From assembly GCA_002633005.1 (NCBI GenBank), contig NMRA01000239.1, forward strand, positions 62,001-126,000: a stretch of DNA of 64,000 bases, in the 5' to 3' direction. A program made the position numbers and the translations under genes. The DNA comes from Phoronis australis (Eukaryota > Animalia > Phoronida). The notes beneath the pieces are model-generated. The model saw nothing but the letters and a program-made list of their open reading frames with translations. It was not told where the DNA came from and ran no database searches. Below, one piece after another: positions 22,631 through 35,723 of this stretch. The stretch's first letter is position 1, and each line of letters begins with the position of its first letter.

Positions 22631-23956
22631 AACAAGAGCAACGTGGAGCATTGAATGTGTCGCAAACGGTGTGCTTTTAGGGTTGTTTATTTGTGTCATA
22701 AAAATGGCCACTACAAAGTGCAAAAATATACAATCCATCCAAAAATGAGAACATGTCATAGCTTTTTTAAAAGAAAGCTTTTCACTAAATTTCATAGAAA
22801 TCTGTCACGAAACTTCAGAGAAACAAAGGAAAACAATAAAATAACATTGCCACTAGGAGGCACAGCGTTCATTGGATCCACCTAAAAGCCATCATTGTCT
22901 GTTGTTAGCTTCATATAAATACACTTACTAAATTTAATAAAGATCCAGGAGTGGATTTAGGAGATACAGCTATGGGCACAAAACCACCAAAAATGGCCAC
23001 TAGGTGGCGCAAAATACCTGGATCCCATCTGAAAACGGGAGGGTTAGCGTCATCTCTCCGTTGAGGTAAATGTAAAATCTAAAATTGCCACCAGGGGGCA
23101 CACCAGTACTCAAATCTGTCTGAAAGTCACCATTGTTCTTTGTCAACATCATGTAAATACACTTGTTAAATTTAGTAAAGATCCTGCAAACGGTTTAAGA
23201 GATACAGCCATAGGCGCAAAAAACAAAACTGCCACTAGGAGGCGCCACAGTAGTTGAAGTCATCGGAAAATCGTCAGCCGTCCACTTCATACTAAAAACA
23301 TACATGCCAATTTTCACAATATCCTGAAAGCGGTTTGGTTGATGGATGGACGCCGAAAAAACAGACTCGAAAATGATAAAAATGGCCAATAGGTGGCGCA
23401 AACTAGGTCGAATACATCTGAAAACGGAAAGTTAGCGTCATCACACTAACAGAAGCTTGTAAATACATGGAAGACCTTTGTAGATACTGCCACTAGGGGC
23501 CGCCACAGTGGTCGAGGTTGTCGGAAAATCATCGTCAACCGTCCTTTTTATAGTAAGTACATATATGCCAATTTGCATAATCATACTTAGAGTGAAAACA
23601 ATAAAAATGGCCACTAGGTGGCGCAAACTACCTTGAATCCATCCGAAAATGGGAGGATACCTTTGTCTCACTAATAGATGCCTATATGCCAAATTTTATG
23701 AAAATACGTTGACGACCTATGAAGATACAAGGTAAACATAAAAAACTAACATTGCCACTAGGGGGCACACCAGTAGACGGATCCGTCCAAAAGTTCGCTC
23801 ATGCCATCCCATCCATGAAAGGAACACGTGCAAAATTTCATGAACATATGTCAAACGGTTTTGGAGATAGAGCAGTGGACACCGGACGGACGCCACCTAG
23901 ACGGACGGAGGTGACTGCATGATGCGTCCACGTACAAATATGTGGGCGCATAAAAA
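22631..23956 (-). mobile_element. Helentron-associated non-autonomous element (HINE/DINE-like) with an internal tandem array
   Basis: On the plus strand: AACAAGAGCAACG stem-loop end, ~145 bp core repeats, (GACG)n microsatellite at ~23878-23909, and terminal hairpin ATGCGTCCAC...GTGGGCGCAT followed by AAAAA. Confidence 0.75.
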
Positions 23957-24699
23957 GGTTATTTGAAGTGCTTGTGAAAAGGGGTGTAAAGAATACGCAC
24001 ATTTAGCAGCAGAGCAAATGAACTAAACCATACAGTCAATTGTATCTAAAACAACTCATTTCATGATAACAACAAACTAATGTCGCAAATTTATTGAGAC
24101 ACTGATCAAATCTTGCTATTCATTATCACTCGACTATTTACCACAATTTTTAATGCACAACAACCCATTCTTGACAATTGCGTGACAGCACAAAAATTTC
24201 CCATAGAACTTGACAACAAAAACCTTGACCTACACAAATGCCGTCGCAAAATCCCCACATCACAATTGACCAAAATATTCACTATATTCATGATCACATA
24301 GTTTTGTATCTTGCAGAGCCAGAATGTGTTGACTTTCTATGATGGATAACTAACACAGAATTGTGCAACTTAAGCACATCACACTACCTAAGTCTGAAGG
24401 ATAAAGTTTGCAATTTTAGGCAACTCAACAAAAATTAATAAATCACCTGGTATCTGATATTACAGTAAATGAATAATATAAGTAAGAATTATTAGTCTTC
24501 ATAAATGACCAGGGACAAAGATCTTTTCAGACTTAAAATATGTGACCAACATACGGAATATATGAAGACTAATAATTTTTACCAATACGATAACAACGCC
24601 CGTTGATTTAAGAATAACAATAGAATTAGATAAATGAATAAATTTCACTTCATGTCTGCTTTGAACACACTACATGTATGCATGGCCATGCCTGTCTGT

Positions 24700-27600
24700 C
24701 TAGTACTGGTGGTTGGCCACAAACAAGGAGTCCCCAGAGGCAGCACTGTTGGAACTTCCAGTGTACTTTCCCATGGCTGCTTCTCCGTTGGCCTGAAAAT
24801 CAACATAAACAACATAAAGCCAACAGTAGCGTGTATTGTCCTACACGAAGCAAGTCAGTCCGAGTCTCCACTGTTTTATCAGCCCAGCATACATCATGTA
24901 AACATTTATGGAATTCATTTATTGTAAAGGTGATGTGTTGGCTGTGCAGTGTGACACACAAATACTGAGGTTAATGCCAGAACACCAAATAAATTCCAAA
25001 CTGCAAAACTCAATTTCAGCTTTATTCAAAATAATACTTTGTTGCATAATTTTTTAAGTTACGAAAGAAATCTTACAAGTAGTGCTAAGCTATGTTTAGT
25101 AAACGAGATGTGCCAAATGCATCAGAGTGTACACAGAATTATAAATGAATTGACAAAACCTACAACTTGCCTCTAGATAAATTTAAGTGGCACTGTGAGG
25201 AACCTTTCACATTTTATGTCACCACAGGAGAAGAAACAGGTTTGGAAAAGGTGAAGACCGATGATGGGGAAGGAAGGACAGTTACATTCTGGTGACGTCA
25301 TGTGATGTACTACATCCAAGAGAAAACATCTCATAGTTGTACATAATGTTGGGAAGTTGTTTGTTACTTTCAACAGGATTTCATCCGAAATGATAAGGCA
25401 TCACGTCGTTTCACATTTGCCATATTTCACTACTTATAAGTGTATGCCAAATGTGATTCAAGCAGCAGGACCTCCAGACGCACAATGACAACACACATAG
25501 TACTCTCAAACTAAAAAATGCACATGATGGAATTACCCCTAGGAGTATGGTCATCTATGGTTTGCAGACGTATTATATTTTGCATTTATCCAATATTGCA
25601 CAACATACTTATGCCTTTTTAGATGATCTAGACTAGTGTCAGACCCTCTAAACACCATTTCATGTCATTTTTGGCGCACATCAAAAACAATAAAGCATGT
25701 CCATTTTTTCGTCTTCACATCAAAACAGCATCGTGTAATTCCCCCATTCATTTAACTCATTCCTCCCTGATCCCGCCTTATGGCGTGACTGTTTTCACTC
25801 AGGGTCTGATGCCGTCTGGAGGCGTTATCTAAACAATGTATCTCACAGGCAGATCACGCCTTCAGGAGGGATAGAAGGTACCAATTTATTGGTTTAAGTT
25901 TAAATATATCTGGGGTATTCCGAGTTTTCTATCCAATGAGGATTGAGACACCAGACTCTGTATTAACTTATTGTTTGTGAAGTTAATGCCTATTGGCTGT
26001 TATTTCTGGACTTAAGAACCATTTCTTCACAAGCAAATTATCAATTCAAGGAAAACCAGGGAGCATGTTAACTTTGTAGTGGTTGTTGTAACTTTTGAAA
26101 ATAGAGATGCTCTTCCAAGAAATATAGTATGGTTGTTTGATTTGAAGACTAGATTGGAGAGCTAATTGCTCTAAATTTGAACATTCTACTCTGTCACTAG
26201 CACTGTGTTCACTTGAAATACTGCCTTGATATTACACGGGTATCATCTCTGCTGCTCACACAGTTCTTGAAGTTTTCATTATGGAGGATAGTGTGGATAC
26301 TGATGACACTGGTCACATTTAGATCTAGACTTCAGTAATTATGGATATGACAGTGTGGATACTGACGGCACTGAGTGGTCAGATTTAGATACAGATTTCA
26401 GTGATCTGGATTATTATGAGGATATGCCACACGGAAAACTTTCCTGACATGTTTTCTGGAAATTTAAATGGATTATTTGTAAACAAATGTCTTTGTTTCT
26501 GGAAACAAAAAGTAAAACTGCTTGTTCAACCCTATATCAGTATTAAACTTGGATAAATTTTATATCAACACGAAGCTCATTTACTCAAGATGTATTGCTG
26601 ACAATTTGGTAACTTTATGTTTATTAATGACTTAGTAACGAGGTTTTAATTAAGTGCAGTGCTTGTGACTTAGTTCTGAGTGAAATACCCTCTGACTTCA
26701 AGGGGGTAGACATTCCACAGCTCAGCCAGGCCACTAAGCAATTTATACCATATGGCGCTCAGGGTCGAATGAGTTAATACCTTTGTTACATTTGATATGT
26801 CCCCTTTTCTACCACAACAGGGCCGAAAAAATACCTTAGCTCTTTTCAGCAGCTCTGTTTGACCAGCCTTCACATTTTCTGGTTTTCCCTGCCACGCCTT
26901 CAACACGCTAGCTTGAAGGGCGCGTCCATAAGAGAAGGTTAGAGCCCACGGCTTGCGTACCGCCAGGCGGTTCATAGCATCCAAGTTCACAGTGGCATCT
27001 TCCTCAGACTGTCCACCAGACAGGAAGGTGACACCTGAAAATCAACAACTTGTACATAAAAAGAAAATTTGTGAGTTGAATAAATCTATTCATATTGTTT
27101 TCTATTCTAATTTTCCAAATCATGTCACCGAGAGAATATGCTGTATGAATTTGCAATGACAAAAAATATTTCACAGGACATGCTGGTAGACCTCACCTGG
27201 TACAGCACAAGGCAAAGTGCGCTGCAGAGCTGTGACTGTCGCCCGGGCAATATCTTCAGGTGTGTATTTCGTGGGGCAGGACTGTCCAGCGGTGACCATG
27301 TTGGGCTTAAGTAGTGTTCCTTCCAGATAGACGTGGTGCACCATCAGAGCACGGTAGACGTACGACAGGACGTTCTCGGTGACCTCCTGAGCTCTCTCCA
27401 GGGTGTGATCTCCATCAGGCAAGACTTCAGGTTCAACAATGGGCACGAGGCCATTCTGAAAATTATAAACAAGAGCAACGCGGAGCGTTGAAGTGCGCCC
27501 ATGAATGCACAGCAAACTGTGTGCTTCTAGAGTTGTTTATTTGTATCATAAAAATTCCCACTAGATGGCGCAAAACGTCAAATCCATCTGAAAACGGAAC

Positions 27601-30600
27601 ATGTCATCCCTTTTTTATTAGAAAGCTTTTTACCAAATTTCAGAAATACCTGTCAAGGAACTTCAGAGGAACAAAGGAAAATGAAAAAAATGAAATTGCC
27701 ACAAGGGGGCACATCGTCCACCTGAAAATTGTTGTCGTCTATTGTTAGCTTCAGGAGGCGCGACGGTAGTCAAAGTCATAATCATCAATCGTCCTCATCA
27801 CACTTAGGACATAAACGCCAATTTTCAATCCTTAGAATGGTTTAGTTGATGGGAGGTGGATGCCAAAAAATAAACTCAAACGCAGTACAAATGGCCACTA
27901 GGTGGTGCAAAATGCCTCAAATCCATCTGAAAATGGCAGGATAGCATCACCTCACCAATAAGATGTATTCCAAACTTTATGAAACTCCATTGAGACATTT
28001 GAATATAGAGGTAAATGTAAAACACTAAAATTGCCACTGTTAGTCAGATCCATGCGAAATTCGTCATCGGCTGTTGTCAACACCATATAAATACACTTGC
28101 TAAATTTAGTAAAGATCCTGCTAACGGTTTAGGAGATACAGCCATCGGCGCAAAAAAAAACAAAAGTGTCACTAGGAGGCGCCACAGTAGTCAGTCATCG
28201 GAAAATCATCATCAGCCATCCTTTTCATATTACGAACATTCATGCAAAGTTTCAAAATCATCCTTAATCAAAGCTGTTTGGTTGGCAGAGGAGCGGATGC
28301 CAATAAACAGATTCGAAAACAGTAAAAATGGCAATTAGTTGGCACAAAATACCTCGAATCCATTAGGAGGCGTCACAGTAGTCGAAGTCGTTGAAAAATC
28401 GTCAGCTGCCCTCTTCACAGAAAGAACGTATATGCCAAGTTTCACAATTATCAATCATCCTTAGAACAGTTTTGTTGATAGAGGGGAGGACGCCAAAAAA
28501 TAACTGACTTGAAGACAGTAAAAATGGCCATTAGGTGTAAAAAATACCTTGAATCCATCCAAAAACGGGAGGATAGCATCATCTCACTAATAGATGCCTA
28601 CCTGACAAATTTTGTGAAAATCCATTGAGGACCTTTGATGATAGAGCGGTAAATGTAAAAATCTAAAATTGCCACTAGGGGGTGTAACGGGAGCCCCATT
28701 CATGCGAAAGTCATTGTCATTCGTTGTCAACATCATATAAATATACTTGCTATATTAAGTAAAAGATCCTGCGAACAGTTTAGGAGATACAGCCATGGGC
28801 ACAAAAAAACAAAACTGCCACTAGGAGGTGCCACAGTAGTCGAAGTCTTCGGAAAATAGTCGTCAGCTGCCCCCAACACAGTAAGAACATATATGCCAAT
28901 ATTCAAAATCATACCCAGAATGGTTTGGTTGATAGATGGGCGGACACCAAAAAACAGACTCACAAAAGTAAAAATGACCACTAAGTGGCGCAAAGCACCT
29001 TGAATTCCTCCGGAAACGAGAGGACAGCCTCATCTCACTACTAACTCCCAAATTTTATGAAAATCCAAAGATATAGAGGTAAGCGTAAAAAACTAAAATT
29101 GCCACTAGGGGGCACACCGGTTGTCGGACAGGTCCAAAATTTGTCGTCACCCGTTGTCAATTTGACAGGAACACACCTGCCAAATCTCATCACGATCCTG
29201 TGAGGGTTTAGGAGATACAGCTACGGACGTTGGACGACAGACGCCCAGAAAAGAGATGATGGCAATATGCGACCACATATTAATATGTGGGTGCATAAAA
29301 AAGTGAATACTTATAGAGCACCAAATTTAATGCGACTATTTCGTCTTTGTTATTGGTATACTGAGGAGGTGCATGCACTAACAGATTTGGTTTTCTGCAC
29401 TGCAGCAACACAAGAAAATAAACAGAAAAGCATTTCTTACAAGCAATTATGAATGCCATGCAATATGCATATATATAAAATAACAATCAGTGACAAATTG
29501 ATTTAGCTCACGTAAGTACAGAAAATACAAATTCTATGCTTGACATTTCGTTGCATAAAAAACGGCCATTTTTCACAGAAACTGTAACCCACCTGTTGAC
29601 AGATGGTGGCATATCTAGCAAGAACGTTGGCATTTTCCAACATGGCTAGGTGTGAAGGTGTAGTTTTGGCGATTTTCAAAACACAACGCCATTTAGCAAA
29701 GTCAGCGCCATCCTTTTTGTACTGGGCACATCTTTCACTAAGGCCATCCAAACCTGCCAAGTGTAGAGCAATTGAAAATTTAGTAACAAGTTTCAAATCC
29801 GAAACATTCATAATTTAAGACTACAAAAGACGAAATTTTCAGGACACAGTCTCTGCTTTATTTTCTTGATGACATCATCGATTTAGGTATGAAATACATA
29901 ACTTTTTAAATCTCACTTTAACGTGTTGTAAAGTAGGTCAACATGTGGAATATAAAAACGAACTAATCACAAATACTGCCTTTTCCAGAAAAGTCCATGT
30001 GTCTGGTTCTTTGAATATCACACTCAGACAGTACATTACCACGCCCCCACCCACCTTGTGTGGTGCCCTCGCCTATGGTGCCAGCCAAGGGGACCACACC
30101 TTTGTCCACCTTGATACCAGGGATGATGCCCATGTCTTTCAGTACTTGTGGGAACGGACGGCCATCATCCGTCTTTTGGTACACCGTCTCCTCAAACAAG
30201 ATCACGCCACTGATGTTGTTGGCTACCTCCTTTTGAGTGGTGAAGAGCAACTGGCGGTATTGACGGCGGTTCTCTTCGGTGTTCTCAGCGCCGATGGTGG
30301 CAAAACGTTTACCAATTGTTCCTGAAACAATGAATTAAGATAGACAAATCAACAAATAAGTACCTTTACCTAAATAAAGTAACCAACAACCAAGACTTTA
30401 AAAATAGCTAAGTCATAATTTTAAGACAAAGTGGAAATTAATGAAGCGCTTAATTGGGGCCCATCATTTCAAAAAATTTCAGGCAATTGTCAGATATAAC
30501 GTGCCCATATTTTGAGAACCAGTTTGATGCCTATTATTCAGTGCACAAAACTGGTTCTCAAAATTTGGGCACGTTAAATCCGAACATTACCAAATTTTGT

Positions 30601-30801
30601 TTACTAGGAGTGCTGCAGCTCTACAGCATGTTGCCTCCTTTTACTCTGATAACGTTCCATACACAATGTATAACGACCCCTATGTCTGCACTCACCTGTT
30701 GACTCATCAGCAGCTAATATACCTTTACCAGGTGCTACAATTCTTCCAGCAATCTCAGCCAGCTCTTTCTTCAGCTCCGGGGTCAGAGGGGCATCAGCCA
30801 T
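24700..30801 (-). CDS. ALDO: Fructose-bisphosphate aldolase class I, paralog 1, 6 coding exons, 361 aa
   Basis: Exons 30801-30696, 30321-30055, 29753-29593, 27455-27197, 27034-26835, 24792-24700 (1086 nt). Motifs [46 protein letters not shown] (Schiff-base Lys), [18 protein letters not shown], and C-terminal SLFVANHQY. Confidence 0.96.
25756..26773. mobile_element. piggyBac-like non-autonomous element in the last intron of aldolase 1
   Basis: TTAA at 25752-25755 and 26774-26777. Imperfect TIR CTCATTC(CT/GA)CCCTGA..CGCC(T/A)TATGG. Inner inverted repeat TTTCACTCAG / CTGAGTGAAA. Confidence 0.7.
27468..29302 (-). mobile_element. Helentron-associated non-autonomous element (HINE/DINE-like) with an internal tandem array
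   Basis: Stem-loop CAACGCGGAGCGTTG at 27476-27490, subterminal repeat GTGCGCCC at 27493-27500, about a dozen core units, GGACG-type microsatellite near 29225, and terminal hairpin ATGCGACCACATAT..ATATGTGGGTGCAT at 29267-29296. Confidence 0.78.
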
Positions 30802-32945
30802 GGTGTATGGCTACAAGGGAAATTAGATGCACCTTGAGCATGTATTACCATATCAGCTCAATTAAATTCAAATTAGTACTAATTGTTACTCTAACATTTC
30901 AGTAAAAGCAAAAGAATATAGAACTTACAGTCCATTCGTTCTTCAAGCAGCTCAAAACATCACAATGCATGACTGTCAAAATCATCAAAGTTGTTCTCTT
31001 CAGACAGGTTCAGATTTGCACTGATCATAGCGTTACCAATAAAAGAAAGCTTATACACAAGGACTCCACCCTGATGATGGTTACGTAGATCATTAGGGAT
31101 TTTGTGGTCTTTGCACTGTTAAAACTTAGAAAGTACACAGACCAGAACAGAACAAACTTGACTCTTGGAAGACTATCACACTAAAGCAGACACAGCAATG
31201 TTCCGGATTAAATTTCGCCACTTGATAATAACTTAGATTACCTGTTAGTCTTGCTCTAATCACTTATTGTGCACACATGATACACAAATTGACTTTAAAC
31301 CAAATGAAGGTCAACAAGAAGATAAAAGTGCTCTGAGGAGCGATACTTGGCGAAATTGACTGAAGAATTAAAAGTCCTCTATGAAGGCAACAACACTTAA
31401 GAACAATCCCGATCTCCAGAGATGAGGAATCTCATGCTAGAACACCAATGGTGATAATGAGGATGACATTGAGTCCAATGACATTGCCAAGTACACCATA
31501 ATGAAAACGCACATGACAATGACAGTGGCGTTAAAGTCATATTATCTGCGATAAGTTATTTCTATGATCAGGGTGAATTTGAATCTGCAAACCCCGCAGT
31601 CACAGCTTGACGCTTTTCAGGCAGAGCTACAGCCCACTTGACACATGGCACAGTATTTTGAATGTATTTAACTAGTAATCACTGCCCTTGATCTCACCAA
31701 ATAACTAGTTGACAACGGCGAGAATCGAAGATTTGAAATAAAAAAGCTAATGACTTCAAGANTAAATCCGAACATTACCAAATTTCGTTTACTAGGCGTG
31801 CTGCAGCTCTACAGCATGTTGCCTTCTTTTTCTCTGATAACGTTCCATACACAATGTATAATGACCCCTATGTCTGCACTCACCTGTTGACTCATCAGCA
31901 GCTAATATACCTTTACCAGGTGCTACAATTCTTCCAGCAATCTCAGCCAGCTCTTTCTTCAGCTCCGGGGTCAGAGGAGCATCAGCCATGGTGTATGGCT
32001 ACAAGGGAAATTAGATGCACCTAGAGCATGTATTACCATATCAGCTCAATTAAATTCAAGTACTAATTGTTACTCTAACATTTCAGTAAAAGCAAAAGAA
32101 TATCGAACTTACAGTCCATTCGTTCTTCAAGCAGCTCAAAACATCACAATGCATGACTGTCAAAATCATCAAAGTTGTTCTCTTCAGACAGGTTCAGATT
32201 TGCACTGATCATAGCGTTACCAATAAAAGAAAGCTTATACACATGGACTCCACCCTGATGATGGTTACGTAGATCATTAGGGATTTCGTGGTCTTTGCAC
32301 TGTTAAAACTTAGAAAGTACACAGACCAGAACAGAACAAACTTGACTCTTGGAAGACTATCACACTAAAGCAGACACAGCAATATTCCGGATTAAATTTC
32401 GCCACTTGATAATAACTTAGATTACCTGTTAGTCTTGCTCTAATCACTTATTGTGCACACATGATACACAAATTGACTTTAAACCAAATGAAGGTCAACA
32501 AGAAGATAAAAGTGCTCTGAGGAGCGATACTTGGCGAAATTGACTGAAGAATTAAAAGTCCTCTATGAAGGCAACAACACTTAAGAACAATCCCGATCTC
32601 CAGAGATGAGGAATCTCATGCTAGAACACCAATGGTGATAATGAGGATGACATTGAGTCCAATGACATTGCCAAGTACACCATAATGAAAACGCACATGA
32701 CAATGACAGTGGCGTTAAAGTCATATTATCTGCGATAAGTTATTTCTATGATCAGGGTGAATTTGAATCTGCAAACCCCGCAGTCACAGCTTGACGCTTT
32801 TCAGGCAGAGCTACAGCCCACTTGACACATGGCACAGTATTTTGAATGTATTTAACTAGTAATCACTGCCCTTGATCTCACCAAATAACTAGTTGACAAC
32901 GGCGAGAATCGAAGATTTGAAATAAAAAAGCTAATGACTTCAAGA
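30575..32945. repeat. Apparent tandem duplication (30575-31761 vs 31763-32945) across a single N; includes a second copy of aldolase 1 first coding exon (31884-31989)
   Basis: Almost identical copies. The second begins immediately after the N at 31762, and the exon translation is identical. Confidence 0.88.
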
Positions 32946-34180
32946 AGTTTATCCAGACAAACAATACTCCCAGTCATAAAGTCAATAATGACCCTTCCAG
33001 GTTACTCAGGACCCTAGCAAAATGTCCAGCTTTGACTAAGTTCAGAACATCTCAGAAATGGTTTATCAGATCCCATGTTTAATGAACTGCACTTCAAAAG
33101 GTTGTTAGGATTTGTTTTTAAAATGTTCCATTTTTGCAGGAAGGGACATCAAAAAATAGAACTAGATTTTCACGAAAAAAATCGAAAGTTACATCAAACG
33201 AAGACGAAATGGTAATTTGGAAAACTGTAATAATATTTTTGAAAACGATCTAGAACATTTATACAAAAGAATTTGGTCTTGCTATTGATATTGTTGTTTT
33301 ACTGTGACTGTACCTTTATTTGCTAATTTTACTAAAAACACAGACATGAGGCGCAATTAACGTCAGACTGCCAAAAAGTCAAAAAAAACAAATTCTATAG
33401 GCTTTTTACGGAGGTAAAACCTAGTTTTCTAGACAATTGGTCAAATACACAGACAACCCTGCCACTAAAGGTGGTGCTGCTGCCAACCCAAGCACCAGTA
33501 CATAAAAGTTATGTGACCGTTTATTTTCATAGATTATTGGCTTGTCCACGATCAGGGTGCCCAAAATTCACCAAATTTTAAAATTTGATGTAGGCATACC
33601 AACACATTATAAATTTGTAGCTTTGACTTTTTTGAACAGTTTGTGAACACTTGTTTTGTCAATTTGTGTGAATAATCTTGAAACTATTTACTAAGTGTGC
33701 GTATGGGCATCTACGGACGCTACAAAACAAGTATTTTCTAAGATTTCTTGATCTCTAACAAGACAATACTCTTGAATAAGGTCTAGGTATATATTTTATT
33801 ATAATTGCAACATACATAAACAAACTTTATACTATGGTTAAACCTTGTTGCCGTGGAGTGTCCTTGTTTAATTATGTGTAAGAATCGCAACTAATTTTTT
33901 AACAAAAATTTTAAAATTATGAACTTATTACAGTGTTTAGAACACACCTATAAGAGCTATTAGAGTCACCTTACCTATTTTCTAAAATAAGTATCGTATG
34001 TGTTTGGGAACACAGAGAGGAACAAATACATAATTTAGATTGTGACATTCACCTTGTGGCTAGGGGTGTTAGGTTACACCACAACAATCAACGGAAAGCA
34101 TGAGATCATAACTTTTCAAACATGTAGGATGATTAATAATTTGAACAGTAGTAGCAATTTTGAAGGATACAATTTAATCC

Positions 34181-34420
34181 GGTCTCTTATATGCAGATGA
34201 CACTGCGATTTTTTCTGGTAATGAGACCTCTTCGCAAGATTTACTGAAAGTATTGAGCAATTGGTGGGCAAGGTGGCAAATGTCTGTTAATTTTTCCGAA
34301 ACTGATGCGACTCATTTTCGCAAGAGGGGACAAGTACGAACGAGTTTTGAATTCATTTTGTGTGATCGCATTGTGAATTTAAGAGAATGCTATAAGTATC
34401 TCGGGGTAACTCTGAATGAG
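34181..34420 (+). mobile_element. Non-LTR retrotransposon (LINE) reverse transcriptase fragment
   Basis: Open frame GLLYADDTAIFSGNETSSQDLLKVLSNWWARWQMSVNFSET...CYKYLGVTL contains the YADD and YKYLG motifs, CR1/L2-group style. Confidence 0.85.
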
Positions 34421-35723
34421 GAGAGGCATAACCTACGGAAGCTACAAAATGTCTACGGACACTACATTCATGGATGGTAGTACTTATTGTCAACTTCAAA
34501 GATATAGTTATCATTATTTGACTGTGTGAATAAAGTGTGTTCAGAAGCATATTCCATAAGATAAAACACTGAGTAACAGCAATTGGTAGTTAACATGTTT
34601 AGAGAGATCTAAAGACACTACATGTTTGGAAGGGACATTTAAGTCGATATTTGACATGTTAAAAATACACAATAAAAGTCCACGCTCAGGGTGTATTTCA
34701 ATTATTCCATCTTTATATGTGACAGTTACTATCAGAAAGCAAACTTTAAGAGTTCCTAGGGTTCGACATATTTTATTGTGATGTGAATGCGAAAAACAGT
34801 GCCGATTCAGCATGTAATATCTTTGGTTCCAGGCATCAGATTACGATTCGGGTTTTGTGCAATGAAAGATATAGAACATTATCAGCAGGAATTAAGCATT
34901 TTAAAATGTTTTCCTGTGATGCTATATTTCTAAATGCATAATTAAATTGCTATCTTCCTAAAATGAGCACATTTAACATAAAAAAACGCAATATTTCTGA
35001 TAACTTGTAGCGCTCTGTAATTTCCGAGGCCAATATAATCATCCCTTTGAAGAATTCATTGACAATACAATACACTCATCATTTGGGAACAAAATTTTAA
35101 GACATATGTGGACGTAATAAACATGGAAACACACCATAACATGACTTTAACTGCAATTGTACCATGATCGTGGACAAGCTGAATGCACTTTTGCTCAAGT
35201 GAGGTTTAACTATTTTTCAGACATGCAGACAGCAGAGCATGAAGATAAATTTTTTACAATTTATGAAACAGACCCCAGGCCTCGAACTATTGACTAGTGT
35301 GCTTATTTCATATCAATCAGACGGCAAATGCGACAAATAAATGAAATCAGACGAAATTAAATAGGCATTTGAACAAAATCTAATACATGTACAACTGGAA
35401 AATGAAACAGAGCTCCCACTGGGTATATGCTAGAGCCACTAGCAAACTACAAAGTGACTTTAACGATGTTTTAGCTGATGACTGTGCCACTGGAATCATT
35501 TGTTAAAAAACGATCAACGGCAACGAATGGAAGGTCTATGGTATGGGCACTGTTTGAACCAGCTTGGCTGGCTCAGGTGTGGCAGTTACACCTACACTCT
35601 TATGCTGACTTTGCCAGCTATGACGAGAGGCAGCCCAGATGGTGGACCTGTCTGCCAGTCTAACGCAGACAGGATCAGTCAGCTGTGCCAGACAATAGCA
35701 CTCAAATCACTACTATGAACAGT

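Noticed and set aside
24793-26834. Alternative last exons of aldolase 1, as in Drosophila aldolase
   Set aside because: No second AN(G/S)xAxxGKY-type exon was found in this intron or downstream.
31884-31989. Third aldolase gene or real duplicated first exon
   Set aside because: Part of a near-identical block starting right after a single N, with no downstream exons of its own; best explained as the other allele.
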